Source: Perkinsela sp. CCAP 1560/9 (lineage: Eukaryota > Protista > Euglenozoa: Kinetoplastea). Taken from it: 64,000 nt of DNA. A model generated the notes under the pieces. The model was not told the origin of the DNA. It did no database searches and worked only from the letters and a program-made list of their open reading frames with translations. Made by a program: the position numbers and the translations under genes. The stretch is from positions 372,001-436,000 of the forward strand of contig CBFFSA010000008.1 of assembly GCA_965644495.1 (NCBI GenBank), in the 5' to 3' direction. The number at the start of each line of letters is the position of its first letter. Positions within the stretch are counted from its first letter, which is position 1. Shown piece by piece: positions 53,337 through 64,000 of the stretch.

Positions 53337-56300
53337 TCACGATGCAGTGCTGTAAGCCTGTTCGTCGCCCATATCCAAGCTGCCGATTGAAGAAGACGTT
53401 GTCGACATGTCGCTTTCATCATCACTTGTGGATAAAATCGTACTTATGTATTCATCCTCGTGACTCGACATGTAATCATCTGCATCCGCGAAAAGTCCTT
53501 CGTAGGAGTCTAGAGCACCACTTCCGATATCTGACTCCCACGTTGATGCTTCGGAAGTAGAGTCAGAAAGCTGGGAATCCGAAAAACGAGTATTGCTGGT
53601 ATTTTCAATAGTGCTCTGAGTTCTCGTCGGCCCATAATTCGTATCCACTGCCCCCATTGTGTATCTGTCATATTCATTTGGCTGAAGCATGCTGGGCGCA
53701 GAACCGGCATGCAAGAAAGTAGTAAAAGTACTTTCGTTAGAAGAGTGGTCGATTCTGTCCAATTCATCCATGTGAGAACCCCCAGTATTCCATACAATAG
53801 CCCCTATACTGGACGCGTCCCGGCCCGCGATTGATACAACCCCTATAATTCTTGAGCGCTCGTTATGATAATCCAAAATGACGTTTTCATGCGCATAGGT
53901 CTTTGAGTTGTAAGCACTTAATTGCAAGGAACTGTATGCGAGCAGAACACTAGAGTCAGGGCTCATTAGCGTTTCACACCTACTAAAGGCGGGGACAGTT
54001 TGTAATAATGATCCTGTCCTTAGATCCCAGATTCCAGTATCAACTATAACATGACTGCCGTTACGGTGAAATAGGCAAGAGCCCTCGTCTATTCGGTCAA
54101 AGAGATGCACTGGTGGTTTTCGTGCACTTCGTCGAGTATCCCATAGAGTTCCGCCGCAGAGTAGTAACTGGTCGTTCATGCTTAGACACGATTCTCTAAC
54201 TTCCTCTAACTTCCACACGGAAGAGTATGTCGGATCTTTCATTTGGCACACTGGAAACGAAGAATAGGTAGATATGATATTTTCTTGCTCAAAATCTACT
54301 AGAGCGTAGGTCGGTGGCGCATTTTCCCATCGGCTCGAACTGTATTTCGTTACTAAAAGAAGGGCATCTTGAACATTGCCAAATTGAGGTTGCCATGAGG
54401 ATCCTATAGTAAATTGGTTCGTTGCTTCGAATGGATATCGTTTAACTATAACCGCTTCACTGACTGCAAAAGAAGTTATGGGAAGCCTACAGTGAGTCTG
54501 AATTTCATCTACTGTATGATTAGTTCTTGCTGTTGTCCTCTCCGACGCGGAAAAATCAAATGTGGAAGATTGTGCATTAATTAAATCTCTAACAACAGTA
54601 TCAGCTGTATAGGAACGACCCTCTTCATAGGTTTCAACAATTTCTAGTAGAAGATCACGTCCGTATGCAACTACGCTGCCAGAGGAAGTGCCAATAAAAG
54701 TGGTGTGATTATTGCTGCTCCTTAATACGTGTGCAACATCGGATTCCCAGTTTGCGAAAGCTAGCGAAATAGCTTTTACCTCTGAATATTGAAAGATGTT
54801 ATGATATGTACTGGTCTTATTAAGTTTAGAGTCCGAAATGTACCGTGGTTGCATTGTACATGTTGTTGCTCTTGAGGTGCCGTGCATGCTTCGGTCCATC
54901 TGCATATGATATGGTACTTTGTCAATGTTAGATAAATTAGAATCGAAACTTCTAGCATCGAAATGTTCACGAGTTTCAATCAATGGGAAAGTGGATGAAT
55001 GCGCACACAAATTTAGTTCCTGGCGCAGCGTTTGAGCGGTCTGCAATAAACCGCTGTCAGTTAAGATCTTGTCAAGTAATGCCAACTGTCTATTGTTACC
55101 AATATTTCTAGCTTCCGTAGTGCTCCCTAATTCGTTCCGACGTGTCCGAAATTTCTTTTTTAATAGAGTGCTCTCGAGCGGTATAGGACGGGGAATGAAG
55201 TGTTCGTATCGTTGTAACGCTTTCTTACAGTTTAAAAAAATCAAATTTCGAGTGTACGGCTGAAGCAATTCGTGCAATGCAGTGAGAGTTCCCAACCTCA
55301 AAAGTACATCTCGAATTTCATTAATTTCAATGAGTTCCATAACAAGTGCTGTAATTCCAATGAGCAGTTGACTTTCCCAGGAGTCTGTGATCCAGGAAAA
55401 GCCTTCCTGTTTGGAGACAAGAGATTTTATGCGAGTAAAAGAATCCACGACTTTAGCCACAGCATTTACTCCTGCTGCGTAGCGAAAAATATCAAAGATA
55501 TTTTTGGTATCAAGTGAGATATTTTCTCTGGATAACGAAGTCGAACTCGGAAATCGCTTTCGAGACTTCTCTTTCGGGGAACTTTGGTTTACGTTCCTGC
55601 TACATGATCCACGAATCAATAAAGACAGAAACCTAAAAATCAACCCTGTCACATGAAAATAATACATTCCCTGAGTCTTGTCTTGCTTCTCTAAAGGAAA
55701 GTCCGGAAGTTTTGATATTATTTCAGATAGCGCATATACCTTCAGCGCCGAACGACCAACTCGGTAGGGCGTCAATCCTAGAGCAGAACGCATGGCAGGA
55801 AACCAAGCCATCCATCTTAAACATGAAAAAATGGTGATCTCTGTCGACTTTCGCTGGCGATTTCGCGCGGAGGATATGTACTGTAGCATTTTGATATGGA
55901 TATCAGCTCTCTTCAATTCGCGAATTAGGTCGGAGCGCACGTTCATCAAAGTCAAGTCCAACGTGGCCCGTTCTTCGGCAGTCCCACTAAGAACACACAA
56001 CGCACTCTTACTTTTCAGCAATGGTAACCAGCGTTTTCGAGGTATGTGTGTGTTTGCTTTTTTAAGCACACCCTTACAAGAGAGCAATAATTGTGCCACC
56101 ACCATATTTTCGATGCACTCAACAAACATTAACATGCTATCGTGATCGGTATCATCATTCGGTACGGCGCTCATACAGTGGCTAATGGATTGAACGAGTT
56201 GAGCACATCCAGGATCCGTAGGCCACTGCTTTGAATCGATCGTGTCCTTGAACAAATTTGATTCAAAAAGACTCGTTACTTCATAGCATTCGAATTCTTG

Positions 56301-58712
56301 CGGAAGAGCGTTTGAAGCAGACTGTTGTGTCTTTCGATTTTTAGCTTCTTTTCCTGTCTTTTTGATCCGACATTCCGAGCGTTTATTGTGTCGAGGTACT
56401 TCCAATGAGCTATTCATTTCTTTCGTACAAAGCTTCTCTTTTTTATGGTTTCTGGTAGAAGAGTATGCATGTAATTCTGATTTGTTTGGAGGAAGAACAC
56501 CTAGAAGAGATAGCACACAAGGATATTCCACAGCTAATTTGAGCACTGACGCAGCACGATTTCGCAAATGTAGGGGAAAATCAGTTGCACCAATACTGTG
56601 ACACGAAATATATGTGATCAGTTGAAGGTAATCTTCTCCCCAAAGTAATGCACTACGAATTTCGTTCCGTAGGAAAAGCACATGAACGATGTTAATTGCT
56701 TCATATCGCATGCAGGCAGAAGAACAGGTCAGAAGGTTTGCGATGCTGCAAGGTTTCATGTACTTCACTATCGTTGTAATATTTTTCGAATTAGCGCACA
56801 ATCTCCAAAACATTTGCAAAACCAAGCACACGAACCTCATGTAAAGACGACTGGTAATAAACGTTGGACTATCATCTATTCGGTCGGCAATTCCAAAAAC
56901 GGATGACCGCGATCGTTTTTGACTCAGCAAAACTTCAGCTCCCTCTGATAGCCTATCCGTTGGATAGTGGTTTGATCCGTCAATTTTGTCATTTAAGCAG
57001 CGAGAAATGAAGGGCGACCCCAAATTTAAAGTAGAAAACCAAGATTCGGGTTTTTCCAAATAATTGGATAAACACGACAATAATTCATGTACCGAGCTAG
57101 GGACAACTGAGGAATCGAGGAAATTGTCCTGTTTTCCCAAAATTTCTATCAGAGTGCTAAATTCGAGAAAACTGGTATTAAATACGCAATGAAGAACATC
57201 CGTAGATGTGCCTTTTACTTGTGCATGTTCATGAGGTTCCGTATGACTTTTCTCAACTGGCTTCAAAAGTCTATGTAGGTGATGAGGTTGCGGTGGCAGG
57301 CGCAATGTGCGACATCCATATGGTACTACGTCTCGTCCTAACACATAGGGAGAGTAACCCTGCTTTCCCTTTAAGTGACCCCATTGATTATTAGAAAATA
57401 ACCTCCACATGACCTTAACTTTCAATGTCTCGGGGTCCCAGGAATCCACGATCCCAAGAATGTCCTCATTATCGCATTCCGGAGGAAAGTAAGGAGGTTC
57501 TCCTCCTGAAAGTGAAGGAAGTGGAGTCCATTCCCCTTTGATAGGTTTGTTCGGCACAACGTATTTCACGTCCAGGAATGAAATAGTGGAGCACGGCCAT
57601 GGTATTTGATGAACTTCCTTCTGGCGATTTTCTTCTCCGCATATCTTTGCATTGCGTATGACATCGGTCATCTTTTTACATGCACCGCGATCATCCATCA
57701 GTAAAAAAAGGAGCCTCCGTACAACGAAGTCTGTAAATTTAGAATTTATTGCGATTTCTCCCTGTTTATACACATTACCTAATATGCACAGTTTCAGTTG
57801 CAAGCGATGCAAAAGTGTGGGGTAGTGCACTTCATATTCAACGTACATGCCGCACTGAAGCACGACAGAGTGCTTACAAACTGCGCAAGAACAGGTTTTT
57901 GAGACTTGTTCTTCCGGGAAAAAGTTTTCGAGACTCTCCTGACGTTGTTGCTCTTCGATAGACTTATGTAAATCCCAAACATCCACTTCTAATAAAATAC
58001 AATTCAGATAGGCATCGTAATCATGGAGGTAAGGACGGAAGCCAAATTTGGTCATAATGTAAAGAATGTAGTGTAACCAAAAACTTTCTTCCTCCCACCG
58101 GAATTTGCAATCGAATTCGTCATGAGGCTTTGTACTAAGAAACTCGCTTTCCACCATGTCATACATATCGCTGCCAGAAACAATATCGCAAACTTCGTTA
58201 GCCAATTCGTTCCAAGTTCCACTCTTGAGGTACATGCGGCGTTCTCGAGATGAAACTGTTGAAACATTTTGAAGAATCGCTACTATACTTCGCAAAACAT
58301 CAAGCCGTGTCTTTGATCGAATTAAGTCTCGTTTCGTTATTTCTGTAGAACTCCCAGGGTGAGAACCGGAACTTGTTTTTGAGCGTTGGGGGATTTCATA
58401 CGCAAAATTCCTTTCAGAGGAGAGTTCCGGATCCTCGAATATATCTCTCAAATTTGTATCTTCGTTCACGCTAATAGACTCTGTTCGCGAACTACTCAGA
58501 ACTTGTACTGCTGGCTCGGAATCATTTTCATGTGTTCGCGGTGCTCTTGGATTCGGCTCCTTGTGCAGGCGAACGTAATACCGCACCAGTCGGCGCATAT
58601 GGGCAAGCAATTTCTCACGGCGGACAGCATCGGGTTGTGATGGAAAGTGAATTGGTTCCCGCATTGTGTACCATGGCATGTTGGATTCGTTCTGCGTATG
58701 GGAGGATGTCAT
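53337..58712 (-). CDS. DCAF1: DCAF1/VprBP homologue (ARM-like region, LisH, WD40, acidic tail)
   Basis: LisH LLDKILTDSGLLQTAQTLRQE. WDxR motifs GTLWDTRR...VHLFDR and FHRNGSHVIVDTGIWDLRTGSLLQTVP. D/E/S-rich tail. Confidence 0.85.
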   Translation of the reverse strand: MTSSHTQNESNMPWYTMREPIHFPSQPDAVRREKLLAHMRRLVRYYVRLHKEPNPRAPRTHENDSEPAVQVLSSSRTESISVNEDTNLRDIFEDPELSSERNFAYEIPQRSKTSSGSHPGSSTEITKRDLIRSKTRLDVLRSIVAILQNVSTVSSRERRMYLKSGTWNELANEVCDIVSGSDMYDMVESEFLSTKPHDEFDCKFRWEEESFWLHYILYIMTKFGFRPYLHDYDAYLNCILLEVDVWDLHKSIEEQQRQESLENFFPEEQVSKTCSCAVCKHSVVLQCGMYVEYEVHYPTLLHRLQLKLCILGNVYKQGEIAINSKFTDFVVRRLLFLLMDDRGACKKMTDVIRNAKICGEENRQKEVHQIPWPCSTISFLDVKYVVPNKPIKGEWTPLPSLSGGEPPYFPPECDNEDILGIVDSWDPETLKVKVMWRLFSNNQWGHLKGKQGYSPYVLGRDVVPYGCRTLRLPPQPHHLHRLLKPVEKSHTEPHEHAQVKGTSTDVLHCVFNTSFLEFSTLIEILGKQDNFLDSSVVPSSVHELLSCLSNYLEKPESWFSTLNLGSPFISRCLNDKIDGSNHYPTDRLSEGAEVLLSQKRSRSSVFGIADRIDDSPTFITSRLYMRFVCLVLQMFWRLCANSKNITTIVKYMKPCSIANLLTCSSACMRYEAINIVHVLFLRNEIRSALLWGEDYLQLITYISCHSIGATDFPLHLRNRAASVLKLAVEYPCVLSLLGVLPPNKSELHAYSSTRNHKKEKLCTKEMNSSLEVPRHNKRSECRIKKTGKEAKNRKTQQSASNALPQEFECYEVTSLFESNLFKDTIDSKQWPTDPGCAQLVQSISHCMSAVPNDDTDHDSMLMFVECIENMVVAQLLLSCKGVLKKANTHIPRKRWLPLLKSKSALCVLSGTAEERATLDLTLMNVRSDLIRELKRADIHIKMLQYISSARNRQRKSTEITIFSCLRWMAWFPAMRSALGLTPYRVGRSALKVYALSEIISKLPDFPLEKQDKTQGMYYFHVTGLIFRFLSLLIRGSCSRNVNQSSPKEKSRKRFPSSTSLSRENISLDTKNIFDIFRYAAGVNAVAKVVDSFTRIKSLVSKQEGFSWITDSWESQLLIGITALVMELIEINEIRDVLLRLGTLTALHELLQPYTRNLIFLNCKKALQRYEHFIPRPIPLESTLLKKKFRTRRNELGSTTEARNIGNNRQLALLDKILTDSGLLQTAQTLRQELNLCAHSSTFPLIETREHFDARSFDSNLSNIDKVPYHMQMDRSMHGTSRATTCTMQPRYISDSKLNKTSTYHNIFQYSEVKAISLAFANWESDVAHVLRSSNNHTTFIGTSSGSVVAYGRDLLLEIVETYEEGRSYTADTVVRDLINAQSSTFDFSASERTTARTNHTVDEIQTHCRLPITSFAVSEAVIVKRYPFEATNQFTIGSSWQPQFGNVQDALLLVTKYSSSRWENAPPTYALVDFEQENIISTYSSFPVCQMKDPTYSSVWKLEEVRESCLSMNDQLLLCGGTLWDTRRSARKPPVHLFDRIDEGSCLFHRNGSHVIVDTGIWDLRTGSLLQTVPAFSRCETLMSPDSSVLLAYSSLQLSAYNSKTYAHENVILDYHNERSRIIGVVSIAGRDASSIGAIVWNTGGSHMDELDRIDHSSNESTFTTFLHAGSAPSMLQPNEYDRYTMGAVDTNYGPTRTQSTIENTSNTRFSDSQLSDSTSEASTWESDIGSGALDSYEGLFADADDYMSSHEDEYISTILSTSDDESDMSTTSSSIGSLDMGDEQAYSTAS

Positions 58713-58828
58713 TGGAAAAAGAAGAGATAAGGAAACGGGCGTAAATAATTTTGAAGTGGAGTTACTTTAACTATGTTAGATCACTGAGTTATCTACAAAA
58801 ATGCGAGCATACTACAGGGGCTGCGGGT

Positions 58829-58872
58829 GCTGTTTCAGCGCGGTTTCGGCACGGTTTCAACGCGGTTTCGCG
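58829..58872. repeat. Short tandem repeat, 4 x 11 bp
   Basis: gctgtttcagc gcggtttcggc acggtttcaac gcggtttcgcg. Confidence 0.7.
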
Positions 58873-59235
58873 GGACACTAGAAACATGCATTATTACATC
58901 GTAATTTGTGGGTGATTCTTTGGACACTCAACATTTGAGCAATTCGTTCAAAAAAAAGGAAGTCGGGATTACTTACAAGTCCTTTTCCCAGTATGTAGTT
59001 CAATATTGTACTGGACTACAATTGCGAAAGCATGTGAAGTATCCAAAGATCGGGCACGTTCGTCTATTGACGATGTTTGCTTCTTACCAGGACTTGACAG
59101 CATGCATACGTTTGAAAGCTCTAGTAGACTTCACGGCGTGTAAACTCCCATCACAATCTGGTGAAAGCGAATTTCATTGGGACATCCAAAGTCAGTGGAC
59201 CAATGCACGCAATATAGCAATGCGCAGCTGTGGTC

Positions 59236-61005
59236 CTACGAAGTAAACAAATGATAAAGCGTGCTACTGATTGAGTCAGAACATATTCTTAACGATTGAG
59301 TTCGACTTTCCGAAATGCAATCACTTTGCATTGGCTGTGTGTTGTCGGGCATCAAATCTTTGTCTAAGAATGTCAGAGCGAATTCAGCACTAAGGCGATC
59401 CCTTTTTGACTCAACATTCTTAAAATAGCGTTTTAATTCTAAAGGGGAACGGAAAAAAGTGGCTATAGAGTTCGCGGTTTCGGCGCCCACCTGTGGAACA
59501 TGACATAGCATGCGGTAAAAACTCTGCACACGTTTATCGGTATTTCTCATATTATTTACGTGCTGCGTCCATTTCTCTCGGCTACCCGTAAAGACAGATT
59601 CGCCTCTATGTTCGCTTCCAGGTAGAATATCCGTCTCTTCTCCTGGACACGTGGTATCAGCAGGTAAACATATTTCTATATTAGGTTTACCGGAAGAAAT
59701 TCTAGAACGTTTCATAGTATGGTGAAACACAGCAGCCTTATCTACTCTACGTGCTGCTAGCGTGTTTCTCATGGCGGCACTAATTTTTGAGGAAAGTTCG
59801 AGGAGAGTTCTAGCGGATTCCTCCATATTTTGTGTGCATATTACAGTGAAACCATCTCTAAGTAGAAGCGAATGAATGGAGGCATTTAGAGTAGACTCAC
59901 TCAAGATTGAATAACGTCCTTTGTGACTTTTTTCTATATTTCCTTCAATGAGGTACATTACGAAAGGTATGCAGCAGCGCAATAGGCCGACTCTTTGGTC
60001 ATAAAAACGACCGTCAATTATGCTTGCAGAAAGATCCTGGATGGTTTTCCTTTCTATTATATACGGCAACATTCGATTTATTCTATTATAATTTGATGTT
60101 TCCGAATATGTCCACACTATGTCTCCTATGGGTAGTTGCTCTAGTTGAATAAATTGATCATGCTCACTCACACGTGCTATTTCGGATTGATCGTTCAATA
60201 ATAGCTCTAGGACCTCATCTGTCGGTGAGCTGCGTCCTTTATAAACACCAGGTGCTTTTGCAAGCTTACCTTGAGTTGGCCTACCCATCGTAATTTTACG
60301 ATTCCCTTGGAAGACTTGGCGTAGATTTTCAACTAAGGCTTTTAAGTTCGGGTCCTCGCGACGGTCGAATATAATGCTTAAATTCCGAAAAGATGTGCAA
60401 ACATTTGATAATGGAATCTTTTTTGTGAACATGTTGAATCGTATTTTGTGACTCGACGAATCGAAATAACTAAGGTTCACGTGTGGAGCTGGACTATGTA
60501 ACTTATTAAATAGATCGCCACGGGCTATGGTTATATGGCTTCTTTCCTCACACAATCCAGCGTCGAAATCTTGATCCAAACGGTTATGCTGTATTTCATT
60601 TCTGTTATGCGTTGCAATATAATGGATATCAAGATTCTGTTTTCCAGTCTCAGAAGAGAGTGTTGTGTCATCCAGTATTGTAGGACACTTTCTATAACTT
60701 TCTATAACTCTTCTGTGGGATGATGCATTTTGTCGATCCCACTCGGCTTTAAGGGCCTCCAAAACGTTTCCTTGTACGCCGTTAATTTCCGCTAATTCCT
60801 TGTAAGGACTTTCTATTTCAAGGGGATATCTACTCAATCCTACGTAGGCAGCTTTCAAGTGTTGGCTTTTTCGCTCAGGGGTAAGATTTTCTAGCAAGCT
60901 TTCGGGACTATCATGAGATGTGGCAGATTTCTGAACTTTCAGATCGCATTTTTCCATAGCTTCCTCCAGAAGGCGGAGAAGACTTTCATTAGCGCGTTGC
61001 GACAT
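59236..61005 (-). CDS. MUS81: Crossover junction endonuclease MUS81
   Basis: N-terminal HhH (LSRYPLEIES), ERCC4 motif LPIGDIVW...IIERKTIQDLSASIIDGRFYDQR...YLIEG, C-terminal HhH VPQVGAETA. Confidence 0.92.
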   Translation of the reverse strand: MSQRANESLLRLLEEAMEKCDLKVQKSATSHDSPESLLENLTPERKSQHLKAAYVGLSRYPLEIESPYKELAEINGVQGNVLEALKAEWDRQNASSHRRVIESYRKCPTILDDTTLSSETGKQNLDIHYIATHNRNEIQHNRLDQDFDAGLCEERSHITIARGDLFNKLHSPAPHVNLSYFDSSSHKIRFNMFTKKIPLSNVCTSFRNLSIIFDRREDPNLKALVENLRQVFQGNRKITMGRPTQGKLAKAPGVYKGRSSPTDEVLELLLNDQSEIARVSEHDQFIQLEQLPIGDIVWTYSETSNYNRINRMLPYIIERKTIQDLSASIIDGRFYDQRVGLLRCCIPFVMYLIEGNIEKSHKGRYSILSESTLNASIHSLLLRDGFTVICTQNMEESARTLLELSSKISAAMRNTLAARRVDKAAVFHHTMKRSRISSGKPNIEICLPADTTCPGEETDILPGSEHRGESVFTGSREKWTQHVNNMRNTDKRVQSFYRMLCHVPQVGAETANSIATFFRSPLELKRYFKNVESKRDRLSAEFALTFLDKDLMPDNTQPMQSDCISESRTQSLRICSDSISSTLYHLFTS

Positions 61006-61138
61006 TACATGTAGTAAAAACAGCCTACACTTGAAATCAATAAAAATCATTATAAATTATTATAAAGGGTCCTTTTCGGGAAAAATATTGGAAGCAATAA
61101 ATACACAAGAAAGAGTATGAGTCACGTTTGGATGACTA

Positions 61139-63058
61139 TTAAGACGAAAAATAGCCATTGGAATGCGCGTATGACACAAGTCTTTCCAATAAAACAGAGC
61201 TGTGCATGGGAATCGTTGAAGCAAGGAATCTTCCGTATGCTGGAGCACTGTTTGCGTTTCCTGCAGTATAGAAGGGCGCGGGTCCATCGCAGACTGCAAA
61301 CTGTATGAGTCTTTTATCGCGTGCCTTGGTCTCATGTTTGGTTTCAGTGAAATTAGTGGTTTCCTCAGTGCGACATTTCTTCGACACAGGTTCTAACCTT
61401 TGTACGATAAAATGGGTCATATGTTGATTGACAACTGGACGCACGCCAGACAACCCAGTGCGGAATGCACTACTAATTTTCATGCAATTCTCTGCATTGA
61501 TCCCAGATACCAGACCATCATCATTTACGCCCATGAATAAGATACCTCCGTAGGTGTTCAGAAAAGATGTTGCATACGTACATGCTCGTTGAACATGTAC
61601 TCTTAGGATCTTTGAGGTACATGTATCATCAATGGAAGGTGATTTTTCGCGAGTACCCGCGTCGGTTTTATGAAGCTCGTTTTCATTGGAGGCACTGCTA
61701 GATTTAAATTCCCGAAAAGACGTTTCGAAAGACTGGTTACCGTTGAGCTGGTCACCTACTCTGAGTACAGTCGTCTGCCGCGAGACCAGTTTCAGTAATT
61801 TTTGCTTGCAAAGTTTACCTGAAACAGAAAAAGCTGTGCGCGTCCGATTATTCATATTGCTAACAATGCCTGCTATGCATTTAGTAATGTCCATATTTTG
61901 TGGAAGTCCGCTAGTTTTTTCGCGTATCGAAGATGAGGAAGTTGCATTTATTGGCAGGGTATTCTCGGTCTCACCAATTCGGCTCATGTTGTTTAACATC
62001 GCAAGTTTTTGTATCTGTCTCAGTGTAGAAGACAGAGAAGGGGGCGTGTACAATACATGTAATTGGAGTTCGTGCAACCGTATACAGACGTTCGGGAGGA
62101 CACATTCGCTTTCTTTGCGAGCAGCGTCGTTCGATGTAAAATTTAATGCATCTAGAGGAGTTTCCTGTTGAAAGTTCGAAAAAGCGCCTATTCCGCATTC
62201 TACAACTACGTTGTAAAGTGGACAACGCGGTTTCTTCGTAGTGTTTTTCCAATTGCACGCATAAGCTGCTTGCAATGCCCGGCTTCCCCCTACCCGAATC
62301 AGTGAAGTTGTATCCAAGTGATAGCTCATTTGGCTGAAAGTGCTGTATTCAAGATTTGTGTAGATTTCCGAAGCGAGCTTGTGGTTTTTTGCGGGAGTTC
62401 GTATGTAGCCGACAGTCACAAGACTTTTTTGTTTTCTGTTCCGGACAGCTAAAAACCAGCGATACATTTTACACGGTGAGTACGTTGTGCATCCTTCGTC
62501 GGGACAGATGGCAACAACGGTTAGGCACAACAGCACATAATTTCCCCACTGAGATTCGCGACCAAGAAACTGTTTACCGGGATGCATAAGAGTCCGAAGT
62601 ACTGGAATGGCAAACAGTTGGAGTATTCTACCAAATTGCGCGCTCCTGGTACAATTTACATCCGCAGAATCCAATGTATTGAGTCTATGCTCGTTGTCTA
62701 TAGTATAAATTATCCTATCAAACGCGCTACATCGCATCAGATTCGGATAATATTCAGCTAATGAATTCTGTATGCGAAGCCGAAGAATAATTTCGTATCC
62801 TTCCGTCTTCCTTTCATAGTCTTCTGGAAAAATCTCCTGAATATTTCTGGGATCTGTAGGAGGCACGATTTGCTCTGTGAGCAAAGCATCAATGTAGATA
62901 CAATAACTATCCCGCAGTGCACGCCAATCCGGAGAGGTGTACGAACTAATACGAATTATGTCTAGGACGCCTCCGTTCGGTGTGTTTAGCAAAGCGCATA
63001 TGTATGCAGTAGTTTGACGAATATTTTCCGCTTCGACCAAAAAATGCGATCGAGACAT
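61139..63058 (-). CDS. Protein with two Schlafen/AlbA_2-like domains
   Basis: C-terminal FETSFREFKS...YATSFLNTYGGILFMGVNDDGLVSGI...PFY; N-terminal degenerate copy YICALLNTPNGGVL...IVPP. Confidence 0.8.
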   Translation of the reverse strand: MSRSHFLVEAENIRQTTAYICALLNTPNGGVLDIIRISSYTSPDWRALRDSYCIYIDALLTEQIVPPTDPRNIQEIFPEDYERKTEGYEIILRLRIQNSLAEYYPNLMRCSAFDRIIYTIDNEHRLNTLDSADVNCTRSAQFGRILQLFAIPVLRTLMHPGKQFLGRESQWGNYVLLCLTVVAICPDEGCTTYSPCKMYRWFLAVRNRKQKSLVTVGYIRTPAKNHKLASEIYTNLEYSTFSQMSYHLDTTSLIRVGGSRALQAAYACNWKNTTKKPRCPLYNVVVECGIGAFSNFQQETPLDALNFTSNDAARKESECVLPNVCIRLHELQLHVLYTPPSLSSTLRQIQKLAMLNNMSRIGETENTLPINATSSSSIREKTSGLPQNMDITKCIAGIVSNMNNRTRTAFSVSGKLCKQKLLKLVSRQTTVLRVGDQLNGNQSFETSFREFKSSSASNENELHKTDAGTREKSPSIDDTCTSKILRVHVQRACTYATSFLNTYGGILFMGVNDDGLVSGINAENCMKISSAFRTGLSGVRPVVNQHMTHFIVQRLEPVSKKCRTEETTNFTETKHETKARDKRLIQFAVCDGPAPFYTAGNANSAPAYGRFLASTIPMHSSVLLERLVSYAHSNGYFSS

Positions 63059-63653
63059 TTCTCAGTAATCGTTACCTCTTTAATCAGAGAGCGCTAGTGA
63101 GCTTTGCGTCTTAAGCCAATGTTGCGTCACAAATCATCCGAGGATAAACGGTGTCACGTAAAAAAATTCATTAAAAAAATATCCATTATTCATTCAAAAA
63201 AATATCCATTATGATCTACAAAGCATGTTTATGTGAAATTTCTATGCGAAACACCAGCACAATACATAAAAATGATGCGACTAAAGTAATGTAGTAATGC
63301 CATGAAGTATTTCTGAGAAATACAAGAAATTTTATTCCGAGAAAGATCTTCCCGGACGAAATGTTCAACGGTTTTTAAAACTACTGACATTTAGAGCTAC
63401 TGTATATCGCCTATTCCTCTAAAGCACCATATACATGATGCACATGTTCGCAAAAAAGAGAATTTTGTACAAAACAAAGAGTAACAAATTCTTCATAAAG
63501 CAGCAACGCCCAATTATCGCCGTTGGCTTGCTAATCAATCTAAAGCAACAATGATTTTGGTGTCCCCTTTTTCTGTAACAATCTTTTCTGTAGCAAATAC
63601 GTCGCCCACGTATTACACAACCATGCAAGAGCCCAATAATTAAGCAAGTACTC

Positions 63654-64000
63654 TTACTCAACAGGTGAAGATCGGGGCTCAAGAGGGGGGGACCATGCAG
63701 GTGTCCGCCGATTCATAATTTGGCTTTCACCAGGGCTGTTGCTCCCAGGCGTGGTCATACCTCCTCGCGTTATTACGCCAGTCAAATGTCCTTCAAGAGT
63801 CGACGTAACAAACTGAAAAGCCTCTTCTACACTGTCCGTAAAGCAAATGTCGTCAATGTCGTCCTGTGAAATGGTTCCAAGATCTGCAAGCGCTTGCCAA
63901 TTCAACACTGTCTTCCAGTAGGACGCCCCAAAAAGAACAATGGGCATTCTCTTTACCTTCCCTGTCTGCTTTAACGTTAGCATTTCGAAGAGCTCATCAA
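63654..64000 (-). CDS. LOG/SLOG family (lysine decarboxylase-like nucleotide phosphoribohydrolase), 5' part outside the window
   Basis: DELFEMLTLKQTGKVKRMPIVLFGASYW...GTISQDD...TDSVEEAF, the segment that follows PGGxGT in LOG proteins. Confidence 0.88.
   Translation of the reverse strand, partial: DELFEMLTLKQTGKVKRMPIVLFGASYWKTVLNWQALADLGTISQDDIDDICFTDSVEEAFQFVTSTLEGHLTGVITRGGMTTPGSNSPGESQIMNRRTPAWSPPLEPRSSPVE

Noticed and set aside
63162-63212. Short local duplications here and at about 28032-28071 and 355-405
   Set aside because: These look like ordinary 20-30 bp slippage duplications with no further structure.

Overview
This is eukaryotic protist chromosomal DNA with kinetoplastid-like organisation: about 35 intron-free genes, all on the minus strand, with short spacers, consistent with one polycistronic cluster. 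A compact Perkinsela-like kinetoplastid is my guess and is unproven. Most genes are housekeeping: V-ATPase B, proteasome beta2, NIF3, SF3B2, DTD, Prp45/SKIP, XPD, NAP1, CCT6, Cbf5, an exosome RNase PH subunit, Nop25/Rrp17, DCAF1 and MUS81. The accessory region at about 3.7-15 kb holds two paralogous receptor-like kinases (Kelch ectodomain, transmembrane helix, STE11/MAP3K-type kinase; one RD, one non-RD). They flank a ~5 kb cluster of DNA-transposon relics: Tc1/mariner/pogo-type MITEs, piggyBac-like ends, palindromes, and a full-length, pseudogenised bacterial-type IS30 element with inverted repeats. IS30 is the only recognisable plus-strand coding sequence. Other notable items are a protein with two Schlafen/AlbA_2-like domains next to a bacterial-type LOG gene, several apparent pseudo-enzymes, and recurrent GC-rich islands that flip from C-rich to G-rich. 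All calls come from motif recognition by eye; no database searches were run.
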